DNA from: Psilocybe cubensis | Taxonomy: Eukaryota | NCBI GenBank assembly: GCA_017499595.2 | Contig: CM039003.1 | Span: 1,426,001 to 1,490,000 of the forward strand | Direction: 5' to 3' | Length of the DNA: 64,000 bases | Shown: piece after piece, positions 24,682-37,700 of the stretch | Layout: the number at the start of each line of letters is the position of its first letter | Numbering within the stretch: the stretch's first letter is position 1 | The notes under the pieces: generated by a model | The model's database searches: none | What the model was told of the DNA's origin: nothing | The model's input: the letters and a program-made list of their open reading frames with translations, nothing else | Translations under genes and position numbers: made by a program

Positions 24682-25754
24682 CTCCGACACAGATGAAAGC
24701 GAGCGAGAGGGATTCGCGGGCAAGAGCTGGAGATTGAAAAGTGTGGGGTCAGATTAGCCTTTTAACTCGGCCAGGCTCCTGCAAACACAGGGAAAATCCG
24801 GCACGAAAGGAGGCCAAATTAATCTTGGGGAGAGCAAACCGGGACGCGGAGAGGGGGAATAAACGAGGATAAACGTATGGAGCATAAAAATGATTGATTT
24901 GATCATAGCAGAGTCGTAATGGGCTCGCTCAGGGCCTAATCCCAAGAAGCGCAAGAAGCGTTTTTGAGAACGATCGAAGCTTAGTTTGGTAGATCCATAG
25001 CATGGACTACATATGAATAGAAAGTGAGTGCCTCACAGAAAATGTGGATAAGAATAGCAAATACTTGAATCACAACGAACCTCCACAGAGAAAATATAGT
25101 CCAGCCAGGCAATACCACACGTCATACCACAGAAGAACTATTGTTTGCCTGCCACAGAGCCGCCTTTCAGTGGTACGCATGATCCGACACCACCATGGCC
25201 AGCCCGTTGACCGCATTTGGTATCCGATAAATATCGGCGCATCGAAGCCTAAAATTATATGCCGGGTCAGGTGAGTGATGGCGTCCGTATGCAATGGTTC
25301 TGAGGCCGCACAATAATACAACTTTGGCGAGTATATTTTTGTTTTGGGTTCGAAAAATGCATGAACACTGACTGACAATGAGACGTACTGAGGGAGAAAA
25401 CCTTTGTAAGCGCAACTCCGTCAAAAATGACCTTGACAGGCCTCAGAATACATCAAGGAAATAGCCGTCTATGCGAGATGCTGTCTGACAACGGAACGAG
25501 CCACTCACAGCGAAAGGTGTATCGCAGATTGGTACAACTATGAGGGTCATTTTGTTTCATATCGATATTCGAGCCATGACTTTGAGGCAACAGAGTGAGG
25601 ATCGATGATAGAATCGATGGCGCTGCTGCCTTCGGAAGACCACATGAACTCGGATACGAAAAATATAACTCAAGGACAAACTGAAAGTGGCATCTCACAT
25701 ATGCATTCGGGCCGCACCTCAAACAAAATAAAGCATTGACGTTCAATCAGTCGG

Positions 25755-28583
25755 TCAAAGACGCGTTAATTGGGAAGGAATCATGTCAGCAGGCAACATT
25801 TGGACGACCTGTGGACACGGAGACACAAGAAGTCCATAGGCGCTCTTGCAGCAAAATTTCAAATTACTCACCTTTCGGGTCACCTCTTCTCCACCCACAT
25901 CCCATCCCGTTCTCGCCACGATCACAATGTTATCCTCGACTAATTGGTTTACCACCATATCTATCCCGAACCGGTCCCCTATGTATTTTCTCCAACGTAA
26001 GATGTTTTTCAATAGCTTCACACAACGATTCAAAAATCGTCTCCTTGAGGCTATTGACTCTGGGTTAAATCCTGGCACCGATTTGTGCAACCGAGAATAT
26101 TTGTCAACGGACTCCCTTATTTCCGTGACCGCATTTTGGAACGAGTTAAATACGGATCTCAGGATGAGCTGCAATGAAGTGAAGCGTCGCACATAAGCGA
26201 AAAATTTAACGTGTATGGTACCAGCATGGTACTCACTTGAAATTTAACCCCTTGAGTACCAATGCTCGCTTCAATTTCTTCTGCAAGATCAATTATCCTC
26301 CTCGTGTGCTTAGATGAATAAACATCTAGTCCCCCATTGTCAACAACTTTGCAGATGAGGGGAATAATAGCCGACGAGATCATTGATGACACAAGGTCAC
26401 CATCTGGCCCGAGCGCTCGCTCTTCAATGACACCTTCCCCAGGTCGGCAGTACTCGTATAAACCCTTATACCATTTGAAATCATGCAAACTGCGCGCTTC
26501 CTGGTTAATGAGAAAATAGAAGTGATTAATCATCAAAGGGACAATACTGAAAGGAGCGACGGACCTCCACAGGATTCCAGCCAAGACACTCAAGTCGAAC
26601 CCAAAACTCCCAAACGCTGACCACACCCAGCCCACCCCAAGCGACGACATAGCTTTCAGCATACTTTTCCCTCCATGCGCTCCAGCGTCCTTTACCCGGA
26701 TCTTTGAATTCCGCCGCCTTGACATCGGCCAGAATCTCTTTCGACCTGGTCGAGAGCGACTGCAGGGCTTCACCATACGCGGATGTATCTTGAGGTGACA
26801 GTGATGAATCGGTGGAAAACCCTTCGTCTTCTTCACCTGGTGGCCTCACATGACGAGATTTCCGAATTTGCCGTCTAGCAACCCTGGCGACGCGTCTTGC
26901 ACGACTTTCTTCAACTGGATCCGGTCTACGTACTGTTCGGCCAAGTTCGTCTAGTTCTCCAGATTCTGGTTGAGGAGGAGGAGGAATAGGACCGAGGAAA
27001 GCCGCCAGGTCGTCTTCGGAATCCTCCCGTCGACGCTTGCTGATCATGTCAAACCGCTCCTTTAACAACGATAGCCGCTCTTCCTCCAGTTTTTCAAGAA
27101 GGGGATACTATCACGACGTGTAAGTCGGCTTTCGGTGAGTAGATCTCGGTGTGCCATACCTTTTCGTCAAGGAAGACCGCGACGCTTTCCGTCCATTCTC
27201 TGAAGTCAGTAAACCATGCCCTCTTTTCCTCTGCTTTTTCAACCATTTCTCTCATTTCCTTCTCCCTATCTTCAACTTCTTGCCGTTCCTGGGCGAGTGA
27301 AGTAAGAGTCGAGGAGTTTTTGGCATGTGATGTGGTTAATTGTGTAAGTCGCTCTGATAGTCGCGTTATTGCTGCATTTAGCGTTGGCACAGGGGTAGCC
27401 ACAGGGATCGGGGCAGGTTTATAAACCTGTTTCACATTGGAAGATGATGGATCTGGTGTCCTATGTCCACCGCGGCGGAGTTGTTCTTGTTCCCATTCGA
27501 CTGTTTCTTCGTCTTCTTCTTCGCTGAATAGGATAGCGTTAATGCAGTCTGATATCAGAGATATGCGACTCATACTTACGCATCAGCGATCATCTCCTTC
27601 ATGGCATCTCGTCGCTGGCTAGCTTCCAACTTGCGAGATTTCTTGCCCAAGGCTATTCGTTCCTGAGCACTGGTGTACTCAGCAAATTCTAATAATTGCG
27701 AGAGGATTAGTGGTAAGCGCATTTGGACTAGAGGCTACCACATACCGTCATCTCCTTCTCCGAGCTCATCCTCTTCCCTCATAAGCCGACTTTCAGGGTG
27801 TGGACCTTGTGGTTCATCACTTCGCTTAGTTACAGAAAGCGATATAAAATCTTCTTCTCCACTGGCTAGCGAATTGCGCAACCTTTCACGTTTCTCTTTG
27901 GCGACTTGAATGGATGACTGCGAAGGAATGAAAGACGCGCTTTCCTCTGGACTGAATTTAGAAAGAGGACATTGAACTGGGTGTCAAACTAACCTGAATC
28001 TACGATGATGCTTTGCATAGACACGTCATCAACGTCGATGGACATGTCCGCGTCATAGGAATCGATATTAGCGGGCAACTTGGGTCTTGATGATGGGGTA
28101 TTGGCTTTGAGCTCTTTGAGATATGCTGCGTCATATTTAGGACTGTCGTTAGTAGATATGGTAGCTTGATCCAATGTAGGGGGTATAATTCTAGTTTTAT
28201 TCTTTAGAAACACGATTCAAGGTCATGAAACAAACTGACTCACGCAGGATGCGTGCCAAGAGCCATCTTTCGACTCAAGTTTGACTTCTTGACCTTGAAA
28301 ACCTCGCCATCGCCCTCCTTTACAATTCAAGATTTTAACAAACGATTTGAACAGAAAGCGAAAATTGAAAAACGCGTACCTCTTCTTCGTCTCCACCAAA
28401 ACTCAATCGGGATTTCACCTTTGCCCGCTTAACCTTATTCTTCAACTTGAGCGCCAAAGTGCTAGGCGACTCCTCAGGTGTCCCTGCCGCTTTTTCAGTG
28501 CCATTTTCCGGCGACGTTTCTCTCGCTCTCGCAGTCGCCTTCGCCTTGGAGCGCTTGAAGATGACGGGGGGAGATGGGTCCAT
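25755..28583 (-). CDS. GCFC2/PAXBP1/Ntr2-like spliceosome disassembly factor (GCFC domain)
   Basis: SRLSFGGDEEE, YDAAYLKELKANTP, EWEQEQLRRGG, FLDEK, WREKYAESYVVAWGGLG...WEFWVRLE...WNP. Confidence 0.85.
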
Positions 28584-28677
28584 AATGTGCGTTCCTTTTA
28601 ACGTCCATTTTTTTCAAATTAGGGCCATCCCTGAATTATTCATCGTCAAGCAGTTCCCGTGATTTCCAAGCGTTGCA

Positions 28678-28685
28678 TCACGTGA
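28678..28685. promoter_or_regulatory. TCACGTGA palindrome (bHLH/Cbf1-type E-box) in the 184-bp divergent GCFC2/Rad60 promoter
   Basis: The exact TCACGTGA also occurs just upstream of COX20 (21671-21678) and RanGAP (55745-55752). Confidence 0.5.
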
Positions 28686-28767
28686 CTCTTTAATGACTTT
28701 GGCCGAAATTGCGAAATTCCCACGCACAATTTCCTCTTTTAAGCAGTCATATCCGTGTGCCGACAAG

Positions 28768-30646
28768 ATGGCTGAACCACAACCAAGCGCGAACCGCCCT
28801 AGACCGAGACCGCGTCCACGGCCCCGCCCTGCTGCGAGTCAGGCTAGCAATGACGCGTCGTCTGCGACGCCTGACACGCCGTCCTCGTCGTCCTCGACGT
28901 TGAAGATACCCCTGACGATCACTGGTCAACAAATTGTGATCGAAGTCAATAACTCTGACGACATGTTCATCCGGAATAAGAACCGGACTTTTGAGCAGTG
29001 GCAGAAACTTGATAAGATTGACAGGGCTACTTCAGGTGTGTGTTGTTGCGTGTCTTTAAGCTGTTGTTTATGTTGTAAACTTTGGGCAGAGTCGAGAAAG
29101 TCGAAACCTGTTTCTAGTGATAGCGAGAATGGCACAACTCCCCGAAAGAGCCATAAGAATAAACGGGTGAAGCAGGAGCAGGCATCGCGAAAGCACACCC
29201 CGACATACAGGTGCGTCTTGGATTCAACTACGCACTCTTTGAAGTATTAACCCCGCTTGAATGTAGACTCCATTCAGAGGAGGATTCAGATGATTCCGAC
29301 CTAGAAGTTGTTGGCAGTTCATCATCTACAGACGACAAACCATACGGGAAGCGCAAGCGTCAACAACACAGTCGTTCGCGGTCCATCACGCCCCCTCCAG
29401 ACGTCCCAATCCACCAGATTCAAACCGCAAAGAACCTCGTCCGGTACGTCCATCCCTCCTACCCCACTTTTCCTTATTAACCCAAACCTCCACTCACCTT
29501 CCTTCAGAGAAGCATTCCGATCAACGCCTCGCCCCGCATCGCCCGCATCCGAGCCAGAAGATTCCGGCGAATCCATCTCCTTCCAGCCAGAGGTCACAGC
29601 GATCGCACGGGAAATCAAAAAGCAGTCTGAGAGGCAGGACAGCCAGGCGCCGGAAGCGACGAGCGACGACCAGGTGACGGTGTCCATCAAATGGCACAAG
29701 CATCCTCTGTCGCACGCCGCACCGATTCCCAACGCGGAGTACCAGATGGCGAGGGTGCGTTCATAGGAGCTTTGGTGGTTATACCCCCATCTGACTCGTT
29801 TTTGTTGTTTGCGCAGACGGACACGTTCCGCGACCTCTTTGAGGCGGTTGCAGAGGACGGGGCCATCCGCCCTGCCAACCTCATCATGACATACCAAAAC
29901 AAACGCATCTTCCCTTCCGTCACACCTGAGATTCTCAGAATATGGTCAGACAACATCGAGCTCGGTACGCCTCTTTCCCTTATGACCTTTTTTTCTTATG
30001 TTAATCCAAACACTTTACAGAGGCATACGAGGCGTCTGCATACGAATACATCCAAGACAAGGCCGCAGAAGCACTCCGCCAACCCGTGATACACCCCCCT
30101 CCCACCACCGCTCCCTCTTTAAAAGTATCCCCAGCCGGCGTCATCGAGATCGACGACTCGGACTCGGACTCGGACTCAGCCTCCTACTCCCCTCCCCTTC
30201 CTCCCGGCGGCAGCACCTCCCAATCCCAATCCCAATCCCAATCGCACTCGCACACAAACCCGCACAACTCGGACGCCGAATCCGAAGCAGCAGGCGAGAA
30301 ACTCAAAGTGACCATCCAGTCCTCGCTAGGCAAAGAAGTCCCGCTCGTCATCCGGCGCACGACGACGTGCGGCGCGATTGTGAAGGCGTATTTGAAGAAG
30401 GTCGGGGTGGCGGAGCAGTATCCCGATCTATTCGACCCTCCTGCACCGGCCGCCGCCCCTGCGGCTCCGGCGAAGAAGGGCAGGGGCAGGAAACCCAAGG
30501 CCACGCCGCCTGCGCCTGCCCCGCCCGCGCGGCCGCCGCCGGGTAAAATTCCACAGTTGTCGATTGAGGGCGAGAGGATGGACAATGATGCGGTTGTCGG
30601 AGAGGACGTGGAGGATGGAGACAGGATCGACGTCGTTGGGCTCTGA
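28768..30646 (+). CDS. Rad60/Esc2/NIP45-like protein with tandem SUMO-like domains
   Basis: Disordered N-terminus, SLD1 (TDTFRDLFEAVAE...LIMTYQNKRIFPSVTP..L.IW), a SIM-like VIEIDDSDSDS, and a C-terminal SLD2 ending LSIEGERMD...DVEDGDRIDVVGL*. Confidence 0.8.
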
Positions 30647-30660
30647 ACGGGAGTCAGATC

Positions 30661-31027
30661 TTTTTTTTCTTTTTTTTTTCAGAATTTTTCAGTTTTGCTG
30701 TGGTTTTGTTGCTTCGTTATGTTATTCATACCTACATTAAGTTTACGCGTTATTTCATCTTTTCTATTTCTTCTTTTGCTATGGTATTAGTAGGTGTTTT
30801 ATATTATTACTGTATGATTTCTTCGCTGTCTTGTTATTTCCTGTTTTTTTTTTTTTTTTTTTTTTTTTTCCTTTACGCAATATCAGCCAAATTACACAAC
30901 CTATTTTCCGAGAATCCAAGCACTCAGCACACAACTTCCACAAATACAACAACCCCAAACCAATAAATACCAATACCAAAACAAAAACAAAAAAAAACAA
31001 TATAATATAATATACAACACACAACCC
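30661..31027. repeat. Poly-T / poly-A and low-complexity tracts between the convergent Rad60-like and CET1 genes
   Basis: T-runs at 30661-30679 and 30844-30869; A/C-rich tract at 30940-31026. Confidence 0.8.
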
Positions 31028-32962
31028 TCACTGCCACCCCTCCCCCGAATTCCGCACCAAAATGCGCGCATTATTCACAAACGCGCGGATGAGCTCGTCG
31101 AACGCGCTGCGCTCGTGCTCGGGCGCGGCGGGGTCTCCCCGTTTGAGCGCGGTGGCGAGGAGGAAGTCGGGCCGTGCGATTTCGAGTTCGAGTTCGTGGA
31201 GGGTTTGGGGCTGGTTTTTTGTGGTTTTGTGTTTTTGTGGTGGGGAATTGGGTGGGTGATGTGATGTGGTGTGGTATGTCGTAATAGCAATAAAACGCAA
31301 GTATCCAGGACGCGTGCGTAAAGGTTTCCAACGACAAATCGAACGAACAAAGTCAACAAAACGCATATACAACAAAACAAAAACGAAACGAAAGATGAGG
31401 TAAGGAAAGATGAAGGTGAGATGAACATGGAATGAAGAAAAACCCGACTTTTACTCACAGGCGCATTGGGCGACATCGAAGATGTAACCTGTGTCAAATC
31501 AATCTTGAACTCTTCATGCGAATAGCTTATACGGTCTTTCCGTCTCGTGTGTGTTGAAGTACCGGTAGGCCGGGGTACTGCAGAGTACACCGTACACCGT
31601 ACAAAACACCGAACACGAAATGCGAAACGTGAAATGTGAGGTAGAAGGACATAGATGAAATGAGATGATGAAGAAAGTACGCGTCAGTAACCCATACTCC
31701 ACACACAACACCAAACACCAAAAAAATAAAAGTAAAAGAAACAAAAAAAAACAAAAAACGCACCAGGAATCTCCAAATTAACACTAACCCTCCAATCCGC
31801 CTCCCTCTTCGGACTATACACATTCAAATCCCCAAGCCTAACTTTGCGCACGCACTCGATCACCGCTTTCGTCTTTTCGTCCGTCGTCACCCGCACCTTT
31901 TCCCCTCTCTCGCCTCTTTCCCCTCCACCTCCCATACCCATACCGCCGCTGCTACTACTACTACTAGATGCACCAGCGCCACTGGAGGAGGAGGGATCAA
32001 AAGCGTAAAAGCTGTCTATGAGGTAGAGGTGGCTGTACCCCAACGGGCTCGCGCCGCTCGGAGACTCCATTTTGAGTTTGTTGAGCAGCGTGTTGAAGTG
32101 TTTGTGTTGGTGCTGTTATGGAGTTTTCAGTATTCAGATGTTATATTCGGGTGGTAGATTTTGTGGACGTCGGATTTCGGAGAGAGAGAAAAAGAGGGTA
32201 GGTTAGAAAGCAGACGAAATGAGATTAAATTAGATGCGTAGGAGTAGGAATAGGAGGGACGTACGAGCGACATGTTAGACTCGAAGCGCGTGTCTGTTGC
32301 GCCCGGCGCGAGGACTGTGCGGTGCGGTGCACGATTCATTCAGCGAGAGCATCGGGAATTAAATTATTTTGGCGCCGAGAGAGAGAGAAACGAGAGACAA
32401 GGGACGACGGATGACGGAGGTTTGAGGTGTGCAGAACAACCGCGAACGTGAGCAAGAGCGAGAGCGAGAGAGCACGAGTTGTAAGGAGAGCAAAGCGCAC
32501 GACGAGAACGCACACGACACACATAGAAAAAAAAAAGCAAAGTCAATCAACCAATCAATCAATCACCCCACCCCCACCCCCACCCAAAAAAAAAAAAAAC
32601 TCACTAGTCTCAACAAGCACAGGCAACACCACCCTCCCGCCCGTCGCTCTATCCCTCAACAGCCCAATCTTCGCCTCAACCTCGACGCGCGCGGCGGGGT
32701 ACTCGTGCGCATACGGGCGTGTGACGATCATGTGGTGGATAAAGTCCGCGATCTCCTTGATGAATTCGTCGAGGGGCTCGACGCCTAGGATTGAGAGTGA
32801 GAGTGGGGGGAGGGAGGTGGTTGTGTTGGAAGAAGAAGAGGCAGAGGTAGAGGCATGCCCGTTGGTTGAGTGAGGATCTGAAGAGGTGGGATAAGGCGGT
32901 GAGTCTGTTAATGTCCGCCGGGCGCGTTTTAGAGGAGGCGGCGAGGACGAACGTGGTTGCAT
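31028..32962 (-). CDS. CET1: mRNA 5'-triphosphatase (CYTH / triphosphate tunnel metalloenzyme)
   Basis: VEVEAKIG (motif A), RFESNMS, KVRVTTD, DWRVSVNLE, TRRKDRISYSH..FKIDLTQV and HELELE (motif C). Confidence 0.92.
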
Positions 32963-33214
32963 CCTGACTGTTCACAAACAAAAACGAAAAAAAAGATATT
33001 CAAAGCTGACAGTAGTGCTCGGTGCCAATGTGAGTGCGAATGGAGAAATAGGTTCACTGCAGATCTCTCGCGTATGTATTATGTAACCAACCATTCTACA
33101 GCCACGTATACGTATGCTCATAAGTAAAATAATGGGATTTTTATATACAAAGTGGGGTCTACAATGTGGTAATAATCAACGGATAACCACCTTCAGTCTC
33201 CACGCAAACCCACT

Positions 33215-34201
33215 TCATGAGTCAAAGGTGAACGAGACGCCGACCTTGTGCGCAGGGCCAGAGGGGTTGGCGTCGTTCAACTTTTGGGTGTCAAGAGCAA
33301 GACCAAACGAGGCCTTGACACCAGGGCGCAGTCCCTGGGTGTATCCAAGCGCAATAGTACCCGAGTTGTTGATCTTGGCCTTGATAAACGCGGACGAGTC
33401 AAGGTAAGCCTTGGTGCCGACCTCGAGAGCGACGCCGCCGTGGGTGGCCTTGGAGTCGTAGACGGCCTTGGCACCAGCCTCGACGTCGCGGCTGACGCGG
33501 TGGTAGTAGCTCGCGGAGAAGGTGTTGAAGTTGTTCAGGCCGTGCACGGTGACAGCGTACTCGGGGGCGTTGTAGCCAATGGCGGCGGCGTAGCGGGTGA
33601 TGCTGCCGGTGGTGACGTTGTACGAGGTCTCGGCGCCGACGAGGAAGCCATCACGGCCGAAAACGGTGTCGGCGGTAAAGTTGGGGCCCTGCAAAGGTCA
33701 GTGAGACGGGGGGAATGGAAAACGAACACGGACGGACCTTGAAGACATCGAGAGAGGCGCGGGTGTGGATGCCAGACTGCTTGTAGGCAGCGTTGAGAAC
33801 AGCGGTCTTGGCGCCCTTGTCGGGGGTGAGAGAGGTTGCGAGGTCGAGCTTGAGGCCCTTGGTGATGAGGTTGTCTACCTCGATTTGGTTGCGGAGGACG
33901 TTGGCGGTTGTCCAGGTCTGGGTGAGGGTGAGGTTGTGGACCTTGTCAACCCACTTGCCCTCGATGTCACCGGTGATGAGCTGGGACTTTGAGTCGCGGG
34001 TACCCTGGACCTTGAAGGCGACATTGGAAGGGGTCTGGGTCTTGACCTCGAGGGTTGCGCCGTTGTAGTTGTAGTCCTTGGTGAGGAGGTCGTTGGAGGA
34101 CTTTCCGAGATCCTGTTAAGCAGTATTTAGTGTTGTAGTAGCGGAGAAAGAATGAAAAGTGGAACCTTCCAGGAAGGGGGGACTGGCTGAGGGAGAGACA
34201 T
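33215..34201 (-). CDS. POR1: Mitochondrial outer membrane porin (VDAC)
   Basis: MSLPQPVPPSWKDLGKSSNDLLTKDY...KAKINNSG..ALGYTQ.LRPGVK...HKVGVSFTFDS. Strong codon bias typical of a highly expressed gene. Confidence 0.96.
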
Positions 34202-34799
34202 TTGTGTGGATAAACAGTGGTGGAGAAAAACGTATGGTTGGCAGAGGAAATTATGAGGAGCAGACCGTGGGAATCACGGGAAAGAACCGGATGACGACAG
34301 CAATTGCCAATCCACGCTTGTCTGCCCCAATGTAAATATATGTTTAACACTGTAAAGTATTGCCAGTCCAAATTGTAAAGCCTTGCCAGTGTACACTGTA
34401 ATGCCTTGCTAGCTACACACTGTAAAGACTTGTTGGCTGTAGATGCTCTCCAGCAGTTCTAATAGACGCGTGTCTGTTGGTTGAACGCGATCACGTTGGC
34501 CAGTAGAACGTCATGCCCAGCACGGAGGCAAAATGCAATTTGTCGTCACCACACCCCGCATCGAACACTCAATGAACGTTGAACTCTCATACATGTAGAA
34601 CAAAAAAGACAGGCGCCTCATGTAAAGCGCATGTATGATACGCGACGCGCCGTTTTTTTTCTCACCAGACGCGTTGTTATGCTCTGTTGTGACACGGTTC
34701 AAGATAGATCAAGCCGAGAAGTTTCAACAAGGGAGTCCCCTGGTTTCTCCCTGCTTGTACTACTAGTCTGTCGCTGTCGCTGTCTGGCATCTGCCCACC

Positions 34800-37700
34800 A
34801 TGGACACCATCGCCGCACAGCTGCAGAACCAAGACTCCAACGACATCTTTTCTCTCACTGACCAGATCCTCTCTGACCGCCTCGAGTTTATAGAAGAGGT
34901 CCCTCTCTTCCTCTAGTACTCCCTACACACCGCTGACCAGCGCCCTCCACAGATTGGCTTTGGAAACTGGGGCAGCGTCTGGCTATGCAAGCCCAAGCCA
35001 ACCATGACCAAAGACGGCGTCCTGCGCCCCATCGGTTCCAAACTCGCCGTCAAGCTCGTCCACAGATCAAAGACAGCAACAACAGCAGCCCGCGTGCGCT
35101 CTCTGTACTTACCCTTCCCCTCCTTTCACTTCCCGTACCTACAGCTTATTTATGTGTTCAACAGGTGGAACGAAATGAAGATTGTTCGAACCTTCAAATC
35201 TGACCCGCACCCGTCTATCATCCCCTTCCACTCATTCATCATAACGCCCTCCTACGCCCTCATCACAATGTACGTCCCTTCTCTTCCCCTTACTCCACAC
35301 ACATCCCGACGCGTCAAATGACGCCCGCCCTCATATTCTTCGCCCTAACAACCGCACTTTTATTGTCTTGTTTAATTAATATATTCCATTGATCGCCTCA
35401 TTTATTTTACCCCACAGGACGTACCTCCCCACTCTCGTCCCCGTCGAAGTCGACGAGCCCAAAGCCCGCGAATGGTTCCGCTACCTCCTCTCCGGCGTCG
35501 AGTTCCTCCACAAGCGCGGCGTCGTGCACAATGATATCAAGTGCGCGTCTTTTCCTTTTCCCTTTCCCTTTCCCTTTCCCGTTCATCTTCTCGCGACATT
35601 CATGAGCATAATTAATCATTAATCTTTCCATTACAGACCTGCGAATATCCTACTATCACACAAGAACGTACCTGTCCTCGTCGACTTTGGCTTTGCCGAA
35701 AAGTACGATATGGACTCGGACACCGCGTTCCACAGTAACCTTTCCTACGGCACACCAGAGGTACCCTTCCTTCCTTCCCTCTCACCTCTCTGGTCATTGT
35801 CATTACCAACGCTAACCTAATAAACCTCACCTCACATCAACAGTACCTCTCCCCAGAGCGCGCGCGTGGTTTACCACACGACACGCGCAAATCGGACGTC
35901 TGGTCCCTCGGCATCACATTCTTCGAGATCCTCGTAGGACGCACACCGTTCGAGTACTCGGACGGCGAGCAGTTTAGTTCGAGCGAGGATCTGGAGAAGT
36001 ATTGGGCGCGGACGGTACGTTCTCCTCCATTGAAATTCGCGTCTCTAAACACTAACACTAACACTCATTTATTTCCCTCTACACAGCTACGAGGCAAGTG
36101 GGTCGGCACATGGGACTTTTCGAAAGGCATGGAACGCCTTTTGCAGCGCATGATTGCGCCGAACGCGGATTTGCGGTGTACGGCGACGCAGGCGGCTAAA
36201 GACGCTTATTGGCTTCCGCCCACCTCTACTTCTACTTCTGCTTCACGTAGGGACGCTGGTGGTGCGAATGTTGCGCATAGTAAGTTACTTTTCATTTTCA
36301 CTTTCCCTTTCCCTTTTTCGTGTCGTGTCGTGCCGTGTTTCGCGGTATTTCACGCGTGTTGGAACTTGTGATGACTGATGGCTAATGTACGTGTTGTTTT
36401 GTATCTAGAGCGCGCGTCAAGTTATACATCGTCGGTGGTATTCGAGAAAGACATGGAGAAATTGCTCAATATGACACCTTCATCATCATCGTCCTCCTCG
36501 GCGGCTGCAACGTGGCGTGGCGGGAAGGAGAACGCGCGTGTGCCGCCTGGGCTCGGGCTTACGAGTCCGCATTCCAAATCAAAGGTCGATGTTTTCAGAG
36601 ATGAGCAGGATACGTCGATGTCGATGTCGCTTTCGTCGGCGACGAAGAGGACGCTTGCAAAGTCAAAGTCGCAGCCTCGTGTGGCTGTCGCTGTTGCGTC
36701 CAAGAGTACGTCGTATCCGCATTGCATGTTTTAAATCCCTACTCACTCGTTTTATAGTCGTCCAGCCGAGGAAACGCGCGGGTGCACCGCCCATGATGGA
36801 CTTGTCGCCTATCAAAGCCTCGCCGAACAATTCGCCGCACCATAATGTCAACGCTAATCCTAGTCCGGCGACGACGGCGAAGGAGAATATTCTCTCGTTT
36901 AACAGGCTAGCAGCTACTGTATCTCTCAACTCTGAAAAGAAGAAGGCCCAGCAGCAGCAGCAAAGACCGCGTACTGCCGAACCGGGCTTCAATAGCCATA
37001 GCCATCATAATCATAATCATGGCAATGAGAAGGAGAACGACGCGGGTAATATCAGCATCTCCAACACCAACACAAACGCAAACGCAAACGGGAGCAAATT
37101 GCCGCGGAGAGCATTCGGTGCGCGGGACGTCAACGTGCCTAATGCTGTTGGAACGCCAACGGGCGCAAGAGCTGGTTCTGTGCTTTCTAAAAAGCCATCT
37201 GGAAATACGTACGGGCTGAAAGCTGTCAAAGTCCTCGGCGAGTCGACAGCCAGCGCGAATGTGAGTGTGAGCCTTGACGGCGGCGAACGCAAGCTCGCAA
37301 AAGAAAAAGAAAATGGGAAAGGGAAAGAATCGACGAGCGTGCGCGATCGTATGCGCGAGTGGGAAAGAGAGAGGGAGAGGTTGAGGGAGATGGAGAGGTT
37401 GGAGGAGATTGAGAGGGAGAGGGATGAGATTTATAGGAGGGAGAGGGAGGATAGGCGACGGAGGGAAGCTGAGAGGGAGAGGGAGGGCAGAGAGGAGCAG
37501 GAGGAGGAGGAGAGGAGGAGGGAGAGCTTGGAGAGGGAGAGGAGGAATGCGTCGCTTAGGCAGATCAAGATTCCTTTGGCGGGTGCGGGTACTGGTACTA
37601 AGAGTTCCGATTGGGATAAAGAGAATCCCGGCACTGGCGCGGGCGCTAATTATGCTTATACGGGCTCGTCCGCGTCGTCGCCTATGCTTCCGATGTTCAA

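Noticed and set aside
25044-25746. Several short ORFs between the aquaporin and GCFC2
   Set aside because: No motifs or consistent splice structure; likely promoter and UTR sequence.
33248-34068. Long plus-strand ORFs opposite the VDAC gene
   Set aside because: Antisense shadows produced by strong codon bias of the porin; no independent motifs.
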